64,000 nt of DNA, taken from contig NIVC01001353.1 in the NCBI GenBank assembly GCA_002269645.1, positions 1-64,000 of the forward strand, in the 5' to 3' direction. The translations under genes were made by a program, and so were the position numbers. The DNA is from Macrostomum lignano. Its lineage: Eukaryota. Numbering within the stretch: the first letter of the stretch is position 1; the number at the start of each line of letters is the position of its first letter. This document shows positions 48,627 through 60,543 of this stretch, in pieces. The notes below the pieces were generated by a model that ran no database searches, was not told the DNA's origin, and saw only the letters and a list, made by a program, of their open reading frames with translations.

Positions 48627-50181
48627 ATGACGGACGGTCGGGAGGACGGCGAAGCGGCAGCAGCCGCCGGCACCGCGGATGTCATCGCCGAGGCGGATGT
48701 TCACCGCCGAGTGTCCGACTTCCTGACCGCCTCCGGGCCGGTGGGTCCCGGCCGGCGGCAGCTGGCCAACTTCCTGCTTGCGGAGCTTCTGGCTGAGCGG
48801 CGCGGCTGGCAGCGTCTGCTGACGGCGGCCCTCGCCGAGGTTGAGAGGCTCCGGCGCGGCGATGCGGGTGCCACCGGACCTGCCGCCAAGTCTGGCGAGG
48901 AAGTGGCAGCCTTCGCCATAGCCGATGAATTCAGCGAGACTGGAGACGAGGAATTCGAGTCTGGGCTGTGGCTGCAGCCTGCAACAAGGTTCGTCACTCC
49001 CTTGCTTAGTTTGGTCACTCGATCCCTTGTTTACATGTAGTTAGTCACTCCCTTGCTTAGTTTGGTCACTCCCTCGCTTAGATTGGTCACTCCCTAGCTT
49101 AGATTGGTCACTCCCTGGCTTAGTTTGGTCACTCCCTTGCTTAGATTGGTCACTCCCTTGCTTAGATTGGTCACTCCCTTGCTTAGATTGGTCACTCCCT
49201 CGCTTAGATTGGTCACTCCCTTGCTTAGATTGGTCACTCCCTTGCTTAGACTGGTCACTCCCTTGCTTAGATTGGTCACTCCCTTGCTTAGACTGGTCAC
49301 TCCCTTGCTTAGACTGGTCACTCCCTTGCTTAGGCTGGTCCCTTGCTTAGACTGGTCACTCCCTTGCTTAGGCTGGTCACTCCCTTGCTAAGACTGGTCA
49401 CTCCTTTGCTTACATTGGTCACTCCCTTGCTTAGACTGGTCACTCCCTTGCTTAGACTGGTCACTCCCTTTCTTAGACTGGTCACTCCCTTGCTTAGGCT
49501 GGTCACTCCTTTGCTTACATTGGTCACTCCCTTGCTTAGACTGGTCACTCCCTTGCTTAGGCTGGTCACTCCCTTGCTTAGACTGGTCACTCCCTTGCTT
49601 AGACTGGTCACTCCCTTGCTTAGGCTGGTCACTCACTTGCTTAGGCTGGTCACTCCCTTGCTTAGACTGGTCACTCCCTTGCTTACATTGATCACTCCTT
49701 TGCTTACATTGGTCACTCCCTTGCTTTGATTGTCACTCCCTTTCCTAGATTGGTCACTCTCTTGCTTAGGTTGGTTAAACAGCAGTGCCCCGGTAACATT
49801 GAAGCAGACCGCCACAAAACCTGAAGCTTCACTGACTGCAATCCTGCAGAAGTCTCACAGACATGACCTCGCCAGGCGGGTCAAATCTGCCAAGTCAGAA
49901 GCAGCAGAGGTGGCAGCAGCAACTGCTGGCCGAGGCTGCGGCGGCCCGTCATGAGGCGGACGAGGCCTGCCAGCTTGGACAGCGGCAGAGGCGCCTCATC
50001 GAGGAGATGCGGCGCACGCTGGGCCGCCTGGAGGCCCGGCTGGCGCAGCTGACCGAGGAGCGGCGCCGCTGCCTCGACCTGCTGGGGCAGAGAGCCGGAG
50101 CCGAGGATAGCGGCGTGGAGGCCGCCGACCTTGTTCAGGTTCGAATCTTGTTTGAATTAGTTAGTGAGTTAGTTAGTTAGC

Positions 50182-50265
<84 letters not shown>

Positions 50266-50266
50266 C

Positions 50267-50313
<47 letters not shown>

Positions 50314-50322
50314 CAGTTAGTC

Positions 50323-50376
<54 letters not shown>

Positions 50377-50377
50377 C

Positions 50378-50417
<40 letters not shown>

Positions 50418-50987
50418 GAGTTAGTTAGTTAGTTAGTTAGCTAGTTAGTTAGTTAGTTAGTCAGTTAGTTAGTGAGTTAGTTAGTTAGCTAGTTAGTTAG
50501 TTAGTCAGTTAGTTAGTGAGTTAGTTAGTTAGTTAGTTCTCAAAACCCCACATTTTGCGAATTTCCTGCAGATGGTTGTCAGGCTGATTGAATCAACCGT
50601 GCCGAAGGAGCTGAAAGAAGACGCTGAGATATCTACAATGCCTCCGCCGCCTCCGACGCCTCTGCCGCCTCCGCAGCGGCTGCCGACTTTGGTTCTGTCG
50701 CTGCCGCCTGCACCGTCGCCGCCGCCGCCGCCCCAGCAACCGCCTTCGAAGCCGCTGCCTCGCCAGCTCCGCTTTCCGTATCCAAGCGAGGCGCCGCTGC
50801 CGCGGACCCGAAGGCGCCAACCGCCGCCTTTGCCAGTTCAGACGGCGATGGCGGCGGCAGCGGCATCGAACAGCTGCGGCAAGAGGCGCTGCCTGCGGTG
50901 TCGGCGCAGCTTCCGGCCGGCTGAGAACGGCCCCGCCGTCTGTCGGTTTCACAGCCTCGGCCAGCTACCGCTCACAATGCGTCAGTG

Positions 50988-51020
<33 letters not shown>

Positions 51021-51090
51021 CCAGCTTGCCTGGGCTTGCTGCGGTGGCGAACCGCAGGATCCGGGATGCTGCAGCGGTCGGCACGTGTAA
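48627..51090 (+). CDS. Uncharacterised ~389-aa protein: coiled coil, Pro-rich linker, C-terminal Cys/His zinc-binding-like motif interrupted by polyQ. Exons 48627-48988, 49850-50138, 50572-51090
   Basis: GC-rich coding-style exons are joined by phase-compatible GT..AG introns (acceptor at 49849 with a CTGAC branch point; acceptor at 50571). The C-terminus reads CLRCRRSFRPAENGPAVCRFH..(Q)n..WACCGGEPQDPGCCSGRHV*. The true start is uncertain. Confidence 0.7.
48990..49770. repeat. 21-nt minisatellite (ttggtcactcccttgcttaga), intron 1 of the uncharacterised gene
   Basis: Visible, ~36 units. Confidence 0.96.
50157..50538. repeat. (TTAG)n microsatellite, ~95 units, intron 2 of the uncharacterised gene
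   Basis: Visible. Confidence 0.97.
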
Positions 51091-52109
51091 AACTGTCCTA
51101 TCAAACAATTCAAAGGTGTTATTGAATAACCTGTTATTGGCGGCAATGTGGGTTCTAACAGTTTTCGTACCGTGCAATGGCTGTCTCCCTTGCTCTGTTG
51201 AAGGCACAAATATAACCTACTACACTATGACTAACTAACTAACTAAATAAGTAATTCCGGCGCCTCAGCCATTGAAATAGGCTCTTACGCCACTAGATAT
51301 AAATAAGTTCCCTGATAGGGAGTGTACTAATGTACACTAAAAGCCAAGTTAGACTATAGAGGACTGTACAGGGCTGTATCAAAAAAACCAAACCTCCCCG
51401 GGGGACAGTAGCGGTTCGACGAACCAGTCAGGAGCCCGTGCCCAAAAACCAGGTTAGTTAGACCCCTCAGCCTATTAGGAAGGCCCGAAGGCCAAGAGCC
51501 GTAGCATCCATGCTGGGGCCGACCGCCCCTCTACCCCCGGGTACAAATCATAAACCTCCCCGAGGCCCGTGGGGGTTGAGAGAACCAATCAGGGAAGCCC
51601 GTGCCTTCTCCAGGGTTAGATAAGCCAAAAAAACGGTCAATTGACCGCCCCCACGGCCGTGGCCACCCGAAGGAGCCTCCCCCCCAACTAGACCCCGGGT
51701 ACTCTTGCCAGACAGTCTCTTATCTTTGAAGCGGCAGGAGGGCTATTCGCCGGGACTGTTTCACCCTTTGCTTCGCCAACCCGCCATTTCTATAGTGACC
51801 GTGCCAACGTCTCGTCCTGCTCAGACTCAGTCCTGGTTCTGGCACACTCCAGCTTTAATAGGGTCGCTGGCTGTACGCTCAGAGGGCGCCTGAGGGATAC
51901 CGTCAGAGCACCTTGGTACAGGTATAGGCCTGCCTTCCTATACAGCTACCCACAGCCCTTCCCGATCCACTATTACCCTCCAACCCAGCCTACTCACTCA
52001 TTACAAGCTTTCAGCCAGGCAGAGACAAGTTTCACAGGAGTGACTGCGGTTAGGCGTCTATGCGAGACAAAACCATAACCAACTACACTATATGAGTTGT
52101 TGCTATGGC

Positions 52110-52830
52110 TTCTAAATATTAACCCGTTTGAGCTTTGGCTTTGGTCTTCTTTTTCTTATTATTATTCGGCGTCCACCACCCGAAGGAGCCTGACACTGCA
52201 GAAGCCAAGAGGCCTCGGTCGACCGTCGCGCTGGTCCTGATAGTCCAGTCCAGTGCCATGGGCACCGCCACTCCTGCATTGTCTTCTCGTCCGACTTTTT
52301 GACCATCACGCAGGCGACTCCCGCGCATCCAAAGTGGCACCACTGATGTGTCGCGGTGCACACGACTCCACCTCGGTTGACGCTCTTTTTGCATCTGAGG
52401 CATGCTCACCTTTGTCTTGGTCCTAGTTTTGGCCTTAGCCTTGGTTTTAGACTTAGCTTCGAGTTATTTGACTGTCTTGCTTGACAGATTCTTGTCATTC
52501 GTGACCATGGCAACGCTAGCAACCAGGGCCGCATGGTCGTTAAGCAAACAGCTGCAATCGAGCCTCTTCTATCCAGCCCGAGCCCCTGGGCACAAAAGCA
52601 GAAATTTTTTCAGGGAAATCTTCAATATGCTGATAAGATGTCTCAAGAGTCTTCTTCCGTGCAGTGCGAATGCTGCAATTTCATTGCTGCCAGTTTTCTT
52701 CAAGCGGCTCTCCAATCACCTCTGCTGCAGCTGCACGAGCAGCTCACGCTTCTTGATGAGGCTTCGAAATGTTTGTTCGAAATTAACGGCTAAAGACTCT
52801 CCAACCACTTGAAGTGCAACTGATTGGCAT
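52110..52830 (-). pseudogene. Decayed coding-like segment with in-frame stops and a degenerate PHD-finger-like motif, possibly a transposon remnant
   Basis: 52402-52250 (-) reads CLRCKKSVNRGGVVCTATHQWCHFGCAGV..EWRCPWH. The upstream frame has three stops. Confidence 0.3.
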
Positions 52831-53494
52831 GAGCAGCTTCATCAACTCAAGAGCAAATCCTATATACTAAAAATGGTCTGTCTGTGTCTATCTATCTATC
52901 TATCTATCTATCTATGTGATCGATTAGAGAAAAAATGGCTGGACCGATTTTGTTCGAACTTGCACTGTTCGATCAGAAATTTTCCCGTGACGGTACATGC
53001 ATCGTGGCTAAGAAATTGCTCAATGCTAGAGGCATTAAATATTCGAAAAACATGCTTTTTTGCAAAGGTCAATCAAACTTTTTGACTTGAAATGCATTGT
53101 AAGAATGCTAGAGAAAAAACTGACTGGTTGAATTCTGACTCTGAAATAGATTGCATCATAACTGAATTGTAACTCTGACTTGAATTGAAAATGCAGTGTG
53201 GAAGCCTAGCACCAGACTTGATTTAAATTGCGTAACCATATTGTTAACTGATACTGACTGACTGAGAAACTGATTATGTCATAACTGCTTCGTGTGATTT
53301 ACTCTATGCTTGGATTTTAAAGTGTTGAATTATATAAGTGCAAAATTTGATGTTATCAAAACGACGAGAGCTAGCCTAGAGGTGAACAAACTGAACTGCT
53401 AAATGCAGCGACGATGATTCGAATTTTCATAGAGTATAATTTTTTTAATTAAAGCTTTTCAACGTCAGGAAAACTAAAAGACTTTTTAAAAAGA

Positions 53495-55860
53495 AGCGTC
53501 ATGTAATGACGTCATGTACGTCATGACGTCATGTAAACAATCATAAAAGCGTCATGTAAAAAATCGTAGAAGCGTCATATAAAAATCGTAGAAGCGTCAT
53601 TTAAAAAATCATAGAAGCGTCATGTAAACAATCATAGAAGCGTCATGTAAACAATCATAGAAGCGTCATGTAATAAATCATAGAAGCGTCATGTAAACAA
53701 TCATAGAAGCGTCATGTAAACAGTCATAGAAGCGTCATGTAAAAAATCATAAAAGCGTCATTTTAAAAAATGATAGAAGCGTCATGTAATGAATATTAGA
53801 AGCGTCATGTAAACAATCATAGAAGCGTCATGTAAAAATCATAGAAGCGTCATGTAAACAATCATAGAAGCGTCATGTAAACAATCATAGAAGCGTCATT
53901 TAAAAAATCATAGAAGCGTCATATAAACAATCATAGAAGCGTCATGTAAACAATCATAGAAGCGTCATGTAAAAAATCATAGAAGCGTCATCTAAAAATC
54001 ATAGAAGCGTCATGTAATGAATCATAGAAGCGTCATGTAAAAAATCATAAAAGCGTCATGTAAAAAAATCGTAGAAGCGTCATATAAAAATCATAGAAGC
54101 GTCATGTAAACAATCATAGAAGCGTCATGTAAAAATCATAAAAGCGTCATGTAAACAATCATAGAAGCGTCATGTAAACAATCATAGAAGCGTCATGTAA
54201 ACAATCATAGAAGCGTCATGTAAAAAATCGTAGAAGCGTCATCTAAGAATCATAGAAGCGTCATGTAATGAATCATAGAAGCGTCATGTAAAAAATCATA
54301 AAAGCGTCATGTAAAAAAATCGTAGAAGCGTCATATAAAAATCATAGAAGCGTCATGTAAACAATCATAGAAGCGTCATGTAAAAATCATAGAAGCGTCA
54401 TGTAAAAAATCATAGAAGCGTCATGTAAACAATCATAGAAGCGTCATGTAAACAATCATAGAAGCGTCATGTAAAAATCATAGAAGCGTCATGTAAAAAA
54501 TCATAGAAGCGTCATGTAAACAATAAAAGAAGCGTCATGTAAACAATCATAGAAGCGTCATGTAAACAATCATAGAAGCGTAATTTAAAAAATCATAGAA
54601 GCGTCATGTAAACAATCATAGAAGCGCCATGTAAACAATCATAGAAGCGTCATTTAAAAAATCATAGAAGCGCTATGTAAACAATCATAGAAGCGTCATG
54701 TAAACAATCATAGAAGCGTCATGTAAAAATCATAGAAGCGTCATGTAAACAATCATAGAAGCGTCATTTAAAAAATCATAGAAGCGTCATGAAAAAATCA
54801 TAGAAGCGTCATGTAAACAATCATAGAAGTGTCATGTAAACAATCATAGAAGCGTCATGTAAAAAATCATAGAAGTGTCATGTAAACAATCATAGAAGCG
54901 TCATGAAAAAATCATAGAAGCGTCATGTAAACAATCATAGAAGCGTCATGTAAAAAGCATAGAAGCGTCATGTAGAAAGCATAGAAGCGTCATATAAAAC
55001 TCATAGAAGCGTCATTTAAAAAAATCATAGAAGCGTCATGTAAACAATCATAGAAGCGTAATGTAAAAAATCATAGAAGCGTCATGAAAAAATCATAGAA
55101 GCGTCATGTAAACAATCATCGAAGCGTCATCTAAAAAGTCATAGAAGCGTCATGTAAACAATCATAGAAGCGTCATGTAAACAATCATAGAAGCGTCCTG
55201 TAAACAATCATAAAAGCGTCATGAAAAAATCATAGAAGCGTCATGTAAACAATCATCGAAGCGTCATCTAAAAATTCATAGAAGCGTCATGAAAAAATCA
55301 TAGGAGTGTCATGAAAAAATTATTGAAGCGTCATTTAGAAAATCATAGAAGCGTCATGTAAACAATCATAGAAGCGTCATGTAAAAAAATCATAGAAGCG
55401 TCATGTAAACAATCATAGAAGCGTCATGTAAAAAATCATGGAAGCGTCATGTAAAAAATCATAAAAGCGTCATGTAAAAATCATAGAAGCGTCATATAAA
55501 AAGCATAGAAGCGTCATGTAAACAATCATAGAAGCGTCATGTAAAAAAATCATAGGAGCGTCATGTAAACAATCATAGAAGCGTCATGTAAAAAAATCAT
55601 AGAAGCGTCATGTAAACAATCATAGAAGCGTCATGTAAAAAATCATGGAAGCGTCATGTAAAAAATCATAAAAGCGTCATGTAAAAATCATAGAAGCGTC
55701 ATATAAAAAGCATAGAAGCGTCATGTAAACAATCATAGAAGCGTCATGTAAACAATCATAGAAGCGTCATGTAAACAATCATAGAAGCGTCATGTAAACA
55801 ATCATAGAAGCGTCATGTAAAAAAATCATAGGAGCGTCATGAAAAAATCATAGAAGCCTC
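53495..55860. repeat. ~23-nt satellite (atcatagaagcgtcatgtaaaca), ~100 copies, inside unit A1
   Basis: Visible. Confidence 0.97.
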
Positions 55861-56617
55861 ATTTAAAAACTAATGAATGTGTCATTTAAAAAATTAAGAA
55901 GCATCATGGTAGAATAAAAGAAGCGTCATGTCAGACATGAAGGGTGTCATGTAAAAATTAAATGCAGCTATAATGCTGTGCTGGGGAGAAAAACTGAGAC
56001 GTAAAGGCTCTCAGAGAATAACTGATCAGAGAATAACTGAGATTACGGAGGGGGGTTTCTGAGATGTCAAAGCAACAGTCAGAAGCTACTTCAAAGTTCA
56101 TGTACTTTACTCAATTTTTTTATTGCATTCTTTGTTGGCTCGCCACGGGGGGCGCTGATAGAAGAAGAGTCATGTAAAAAATAAAAGTAGCACTATGTAT
56201 ACATAAAAGAAAAGTCATGTCGAAGTTAAAAGATTCATTTGGGAATTGCTACGATGTCAAAGCTTGGTGGAAATCGTTATAGTGCTGTGATTCTTAAAGA
56301 AGGAATCACTAAAATGTCAAGGCTTAGGGGAGAAGAATTGCTGAGATTTCAAGGCTTTAGGTTGGGTTAAAGTTAGGTTTAGGTCAGGTTTGGGTTGAGG
56401 GTTATATTTTATCGGGTTTCAAGGTTAACAGGGGATTTTTTAGACTTCAAGGTTAATGGGGGCCATTGCTGACATGTCAAGGCTTACAAGAAGCTTCATG
56501 TCGAAGTTAAGAGATTCATTTGGGAATCCCTACGATGTCGAGGCTTGCAGGGAATCGCTATAATGCTGTAGTAGTGCTATAATGACTCTTAGAGAGAATT
56601 ACTGAAATTTCAATGCT

Positions 56618-56680
56618 TTAGGGTTAGGGTTAGGGTTAGGATTAGGGTTAGGGTTAGGGTTAGGCTAGGGTTAGGGTTAG
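56618..56680 (+). repeat. Interstitial telomere-type repeat (TTAGGG)~10 inside unit A1
   Basis: Visible, with ttagga and ctaggg variants. Confidence 0.9.
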
Positions 56681-57489
56681 AAGGTTGACAGATATTTTTA
56701 GATTTCCAAGGCTTATTGGGGGCATTGCTGAGATGTCAAGGGGGGAAGTTGATATGTTAAAGCTTGTGGGGGGGAATTACTGACATGTCAAGGCTTACAA
56801 GGTTTGACAGGAGATTTTTTAAGATTTCAAGGATACATGTAGCTTATTAAAAAAACGTGTATTGCATTTCTTTGGCTCCCCAACGGGGGGCGTAGATTGC
56901 TAGTCCTATATACTAAAAATGAAATGTCTGTAACTAACTAGCTATGCGATAGATTTCAGAAAAAATGGCTCAACCGATTTTCTTCAAACTTGCACCATTC
57001 GATCAGAAATGTTCCTGGGACGGTACATGTATCTTGGCTAAGAAATTGCTCAATGTTAAAGGGATTAAATATTCGAAAAACATGCTTTTTTGCAAAGGTC
57101 AAGCCAAATTTTTGACTTGAAATGCATTGTAAGAATGCTAGAGAAAAAACTGACTGGCTGAATTACGATTGTGATAAAGATTGCATCACAACAAGGTGAA
57201 AACAGTGCCACAGAAACGCACACAAGACTTCATTGAAATTGCGTAACCATATTGCTAACTTGAATTGAGACTGATACTGGCTGACTGAGAAATTGATTAT
57301 GTCATAACTTTTACTCTAACCGACTTGCTATAAGTATTGAATTATAAGGGCCACAAGTCATGTTCTTCAATTGAAAAGAGATAGCCGGATGCAAACAGAC
57401 TGGAATGCTAATGTAGCGACCTTGGTTCGAATCTTAGTGGTGAAAAATGTTTTTTTTATTAAAACACGTTAAAAAACACAAAATTCTCA

Positions 57490-59860
57490 ACATTAAAGAG
57501 CCACCATGTCGAAACATTAAAGAGCCACCATTTCAAACATTAAAGAGCCACAATGTCAAACATTAAAGAGCCACCATGTCGAACGTAAAAGAGCCACCAT
57601 ATCAAACATACAAGAGTTACCATGTCAAACATTAAAGAGCCACCATGTCGAACATTAAAGAGCCACAATGTCAAACATTAAAGAGCCACCATTTCAAACC
57701 TAAAAGAGCCACCATGTCGAACATTAAAAAGCCACCATGTCAAACATTAAAGAGCCACAATGGCAAACATTAAAGAGACACCATTTCAAACCTAAAAGAG
57801 TTACCATGTCAAACATTAAAGAGCCGCCAGGTCAAACATAAAACAGACACCATTAAGAACATTAAAGAGCCACCATGTCGAACATTAAAGAGCCACCATG
57901 TCAAACATAAAACAGCCACCATTTCGAAAATTAAAGAGCCACCATTTTAAACATTAAAGAGCCACCTTGTCAAATATTAAAGAGCCACAATGTCAAACAT
58001 TAAAGAGCCACCTTATCAAACATTAAAGAGCCACCATGTCAAACATTAAAGAGCCACCATGTAAAACATTAAAGAGCCACCATGTCGAACATAAAAGAGG
58101 TACCATGTCAAACATTAAAGACCCACCAGGTCAAACATGAAAGTGCCACCATGTCAAATATTAAAAAGCCACCATGTCAAACATTAAAGAGCCACCAGGT
58201 CAAACATGAAAGTGCCACCAGGTCAAACATATACATGACTCCATGTCAAACATTATAGAGCCACCATGTCGAACATAAAAGGGCCACCATGTCAAATATT
58301 AAAGAGCCACCATGTCAAACATTAAAGAGCCACCAGGTCAAACATGAAAGTGCCACCATGTAAAACATTAAAGAGCCACCATGTCAAACATTAAAGAGCC
58401 ACCAGGTCAAACATATACATGACTCCATGTCAAACATTAAAGAGCCACCATGTCGAACATAAAAGGGCCACCATGTCAAATATTAAAGAGCCACCATGTC
58501 AAACATTAAAGAGCCACCAGGTCAAACATGAAAGTGCCACCATGTAAAACATTAAAGAGCCACCATGTCGAACATTTAAGAAGCACCATGTCAAACATAA
58601 AATAGCCACCATGTGAAACATATAGGTGACTCCATGTAAAACATTAAAGAGCTACCATACCAGACATATACATGACTCCATGTCAAACATATACGTGACT
58701 CCATGTTAGACATTTAAGAGCCACCATGTCGAACATTAAAGAGCCAACGTGTTAAAAATACAAGAGCCACCAGGTCAAACATATATATGACTCCATGTCA
58801 AACATTAAAGAGCCACCATGTCGAACATAAAAGGGCCACCATGTCAAATATTAAAGAGCCACCATGTCAAACATTTAAGAGCCACCATGTCAAACATATA
58901 CATGACTCTATGTCAAACGTTAAAGAGACACCATGTCAAACATTACAGAGCCACCATGTCAAACATTTAAGAGCCACCAGGTCAAACATGAAAGTGCCAC
59001 CATGTAAAACATTAAAGAGCCACCATGTCAAACATATACGTAACTCCATGTCAAACATTGAAGAGACCCCATGTCAAACATTAAAGAGCCACCACGTCGA
59101 ACATAAAAGAGCCACCATGTAAAACATATACGTAACTCCATGTCAAACATTGAAGCGACACCATGTCGAACATAAAAGAGCCACCATGTCGAACATTAAA
59201 GAGCCACCATGTCGAACATAAAAGAGCTACCATGTCAAACATTAAAGAGCCACCATGTTAAACATAAAAGAGCCATCATGTCAAACATATAAGTGACTTT
59301 ATGTCGAACATTAAAGAGCCACCATGTCTAACATTAAAGAGCCACCATGTCCAACATTAAAGAGCCACCATGTCAAAAATTAAAGAGCCACCATGTCTAT
59401 CATTAAAGAGCCATCATGTCAAACATTAAAGAGCTACTTTGTCTAACATTAAAGAGCCACCATGTCAAACATTAAAGAGCTACTTTGTCTAACATTAAAG
59501 AGCCACCATGTCAAACATTAAAGAGCCACCATGTCAAACATTAAAGAGCCACCATGTCAAACATAAAAGAGCCACCTTTTTGAACATTAAAAAGCCACTT
59601 TGTCAAACATAGAAGAGCCCCCATGTCAAACATAGAAGAGCCTCCATGTCAAACATAGAAGAGCCCCCATGTCAAACATAGAAGAGCCCCCATGTCAAAC
59701 ATAGAAGAGCCCCCATGTCAAACATAGAAGAGCCACTATGTCAGACATTGAAAAGCCACCGTATCAAACATAAAAGAGTTACCATGTACGAGCGTAGAAC
59801 ATAAAAGAGCCACCCTGTTAAACATAAAAAGATACACAATTTCAAACGTAAAAGTAAGCG
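57490..59860. repeat. 23-nt satellite (aaagagccaccatgtcaaacatt), ~100 copies, inside unit B
   Basis: Visible. Confidence 0.96.
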
Positions 59861-59924
59861 AATTTTAAAGGAGCCGCTATAATGCTAAGGAAATTGTCGC
59901 ACTAGCTACTTATTGTCTGGTGGA

Positions 59925-60410
59925 TGCTTGCTATTTGGGGATGCTATCTATCTTGGGGATGCTTGCTATCTGGGGGATGCTTGCTATCTGGGGGATGCTT
60001 GCTATCTGGGGGATGCTTGCTATCTGGGGGATGCTTGCTATCTGGGGGATGCTTGCTATCTGGGGGATGCTTGCTATCTGGGGGATGCTTGCTATCTGGG
60101 GGATGCTTGCTATCTGGGGGATGCTTGCTATCTGGGGGATGCTTGCTATCTGAGGGATGCTTGCTTTCTGGGGGATGCTTGCTATCTGGGGGATGCTTGC
60201 TATCTGGGGGATGCTTGCTATCTGGGGGATGCTTGCTATCTGGGGGATGCTTGCTATCTGAGGGATGCTTGCTATCTTGGGGATGCTTGCTATCTGGGGG
60301 ATGCTTGCAATCTGGGGGATGCTTGCTATCTGGGGGATGCTTGCCATCTTGGGGATGCTTGCTATCTAGGGGATGCTTGCTATCTGGGGGATGCTTGCAG
60401 TCTTGGGATG
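59925..60410. repeat. 18-nt repeat (gatgcttgctatctgggg), ~27 copies, inside unit B
   Basis: Visible. It is the source of the GDACYL pseudo-ORFs. Confidence 0.96.
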
Positions 60411-60543
60411 ATTTCTTTTTGCAATGCACTTCATTTGAGCAGTTTGTCTGTTGTCTTTTTGAAGGATTTTTGGCTGTCTTTTTGTTACTTTAGAAAACAG
60501 AGATTCTATCCAGATGTCCCCCATCGGGGGCGAAGATTGCTAG

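Larger units (their letters stand above)
52858..56903 (+). mobile_element. Non-autonomous Helitron-like unit A1
   Basis: It begins TCCTATATACTAAAAATG directly after an A (A|T target) and ends ccccaacgggggg-cgtagattg-CTAG. It contains a 23-nt satellite and a TTAGGG tract, and has no RepHel ORF. Confidence 0.8.
56904..60543 (+). mobile_element. Non-autonomous Helitron-like unit B (diverged subfamily)
   Basis: It starts at a CTAG|TC junction with the same 5' 18-mer and a diverged head. It ends cccccatcggggg-cgaagattg-CTAG. Confidence 0.8.
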
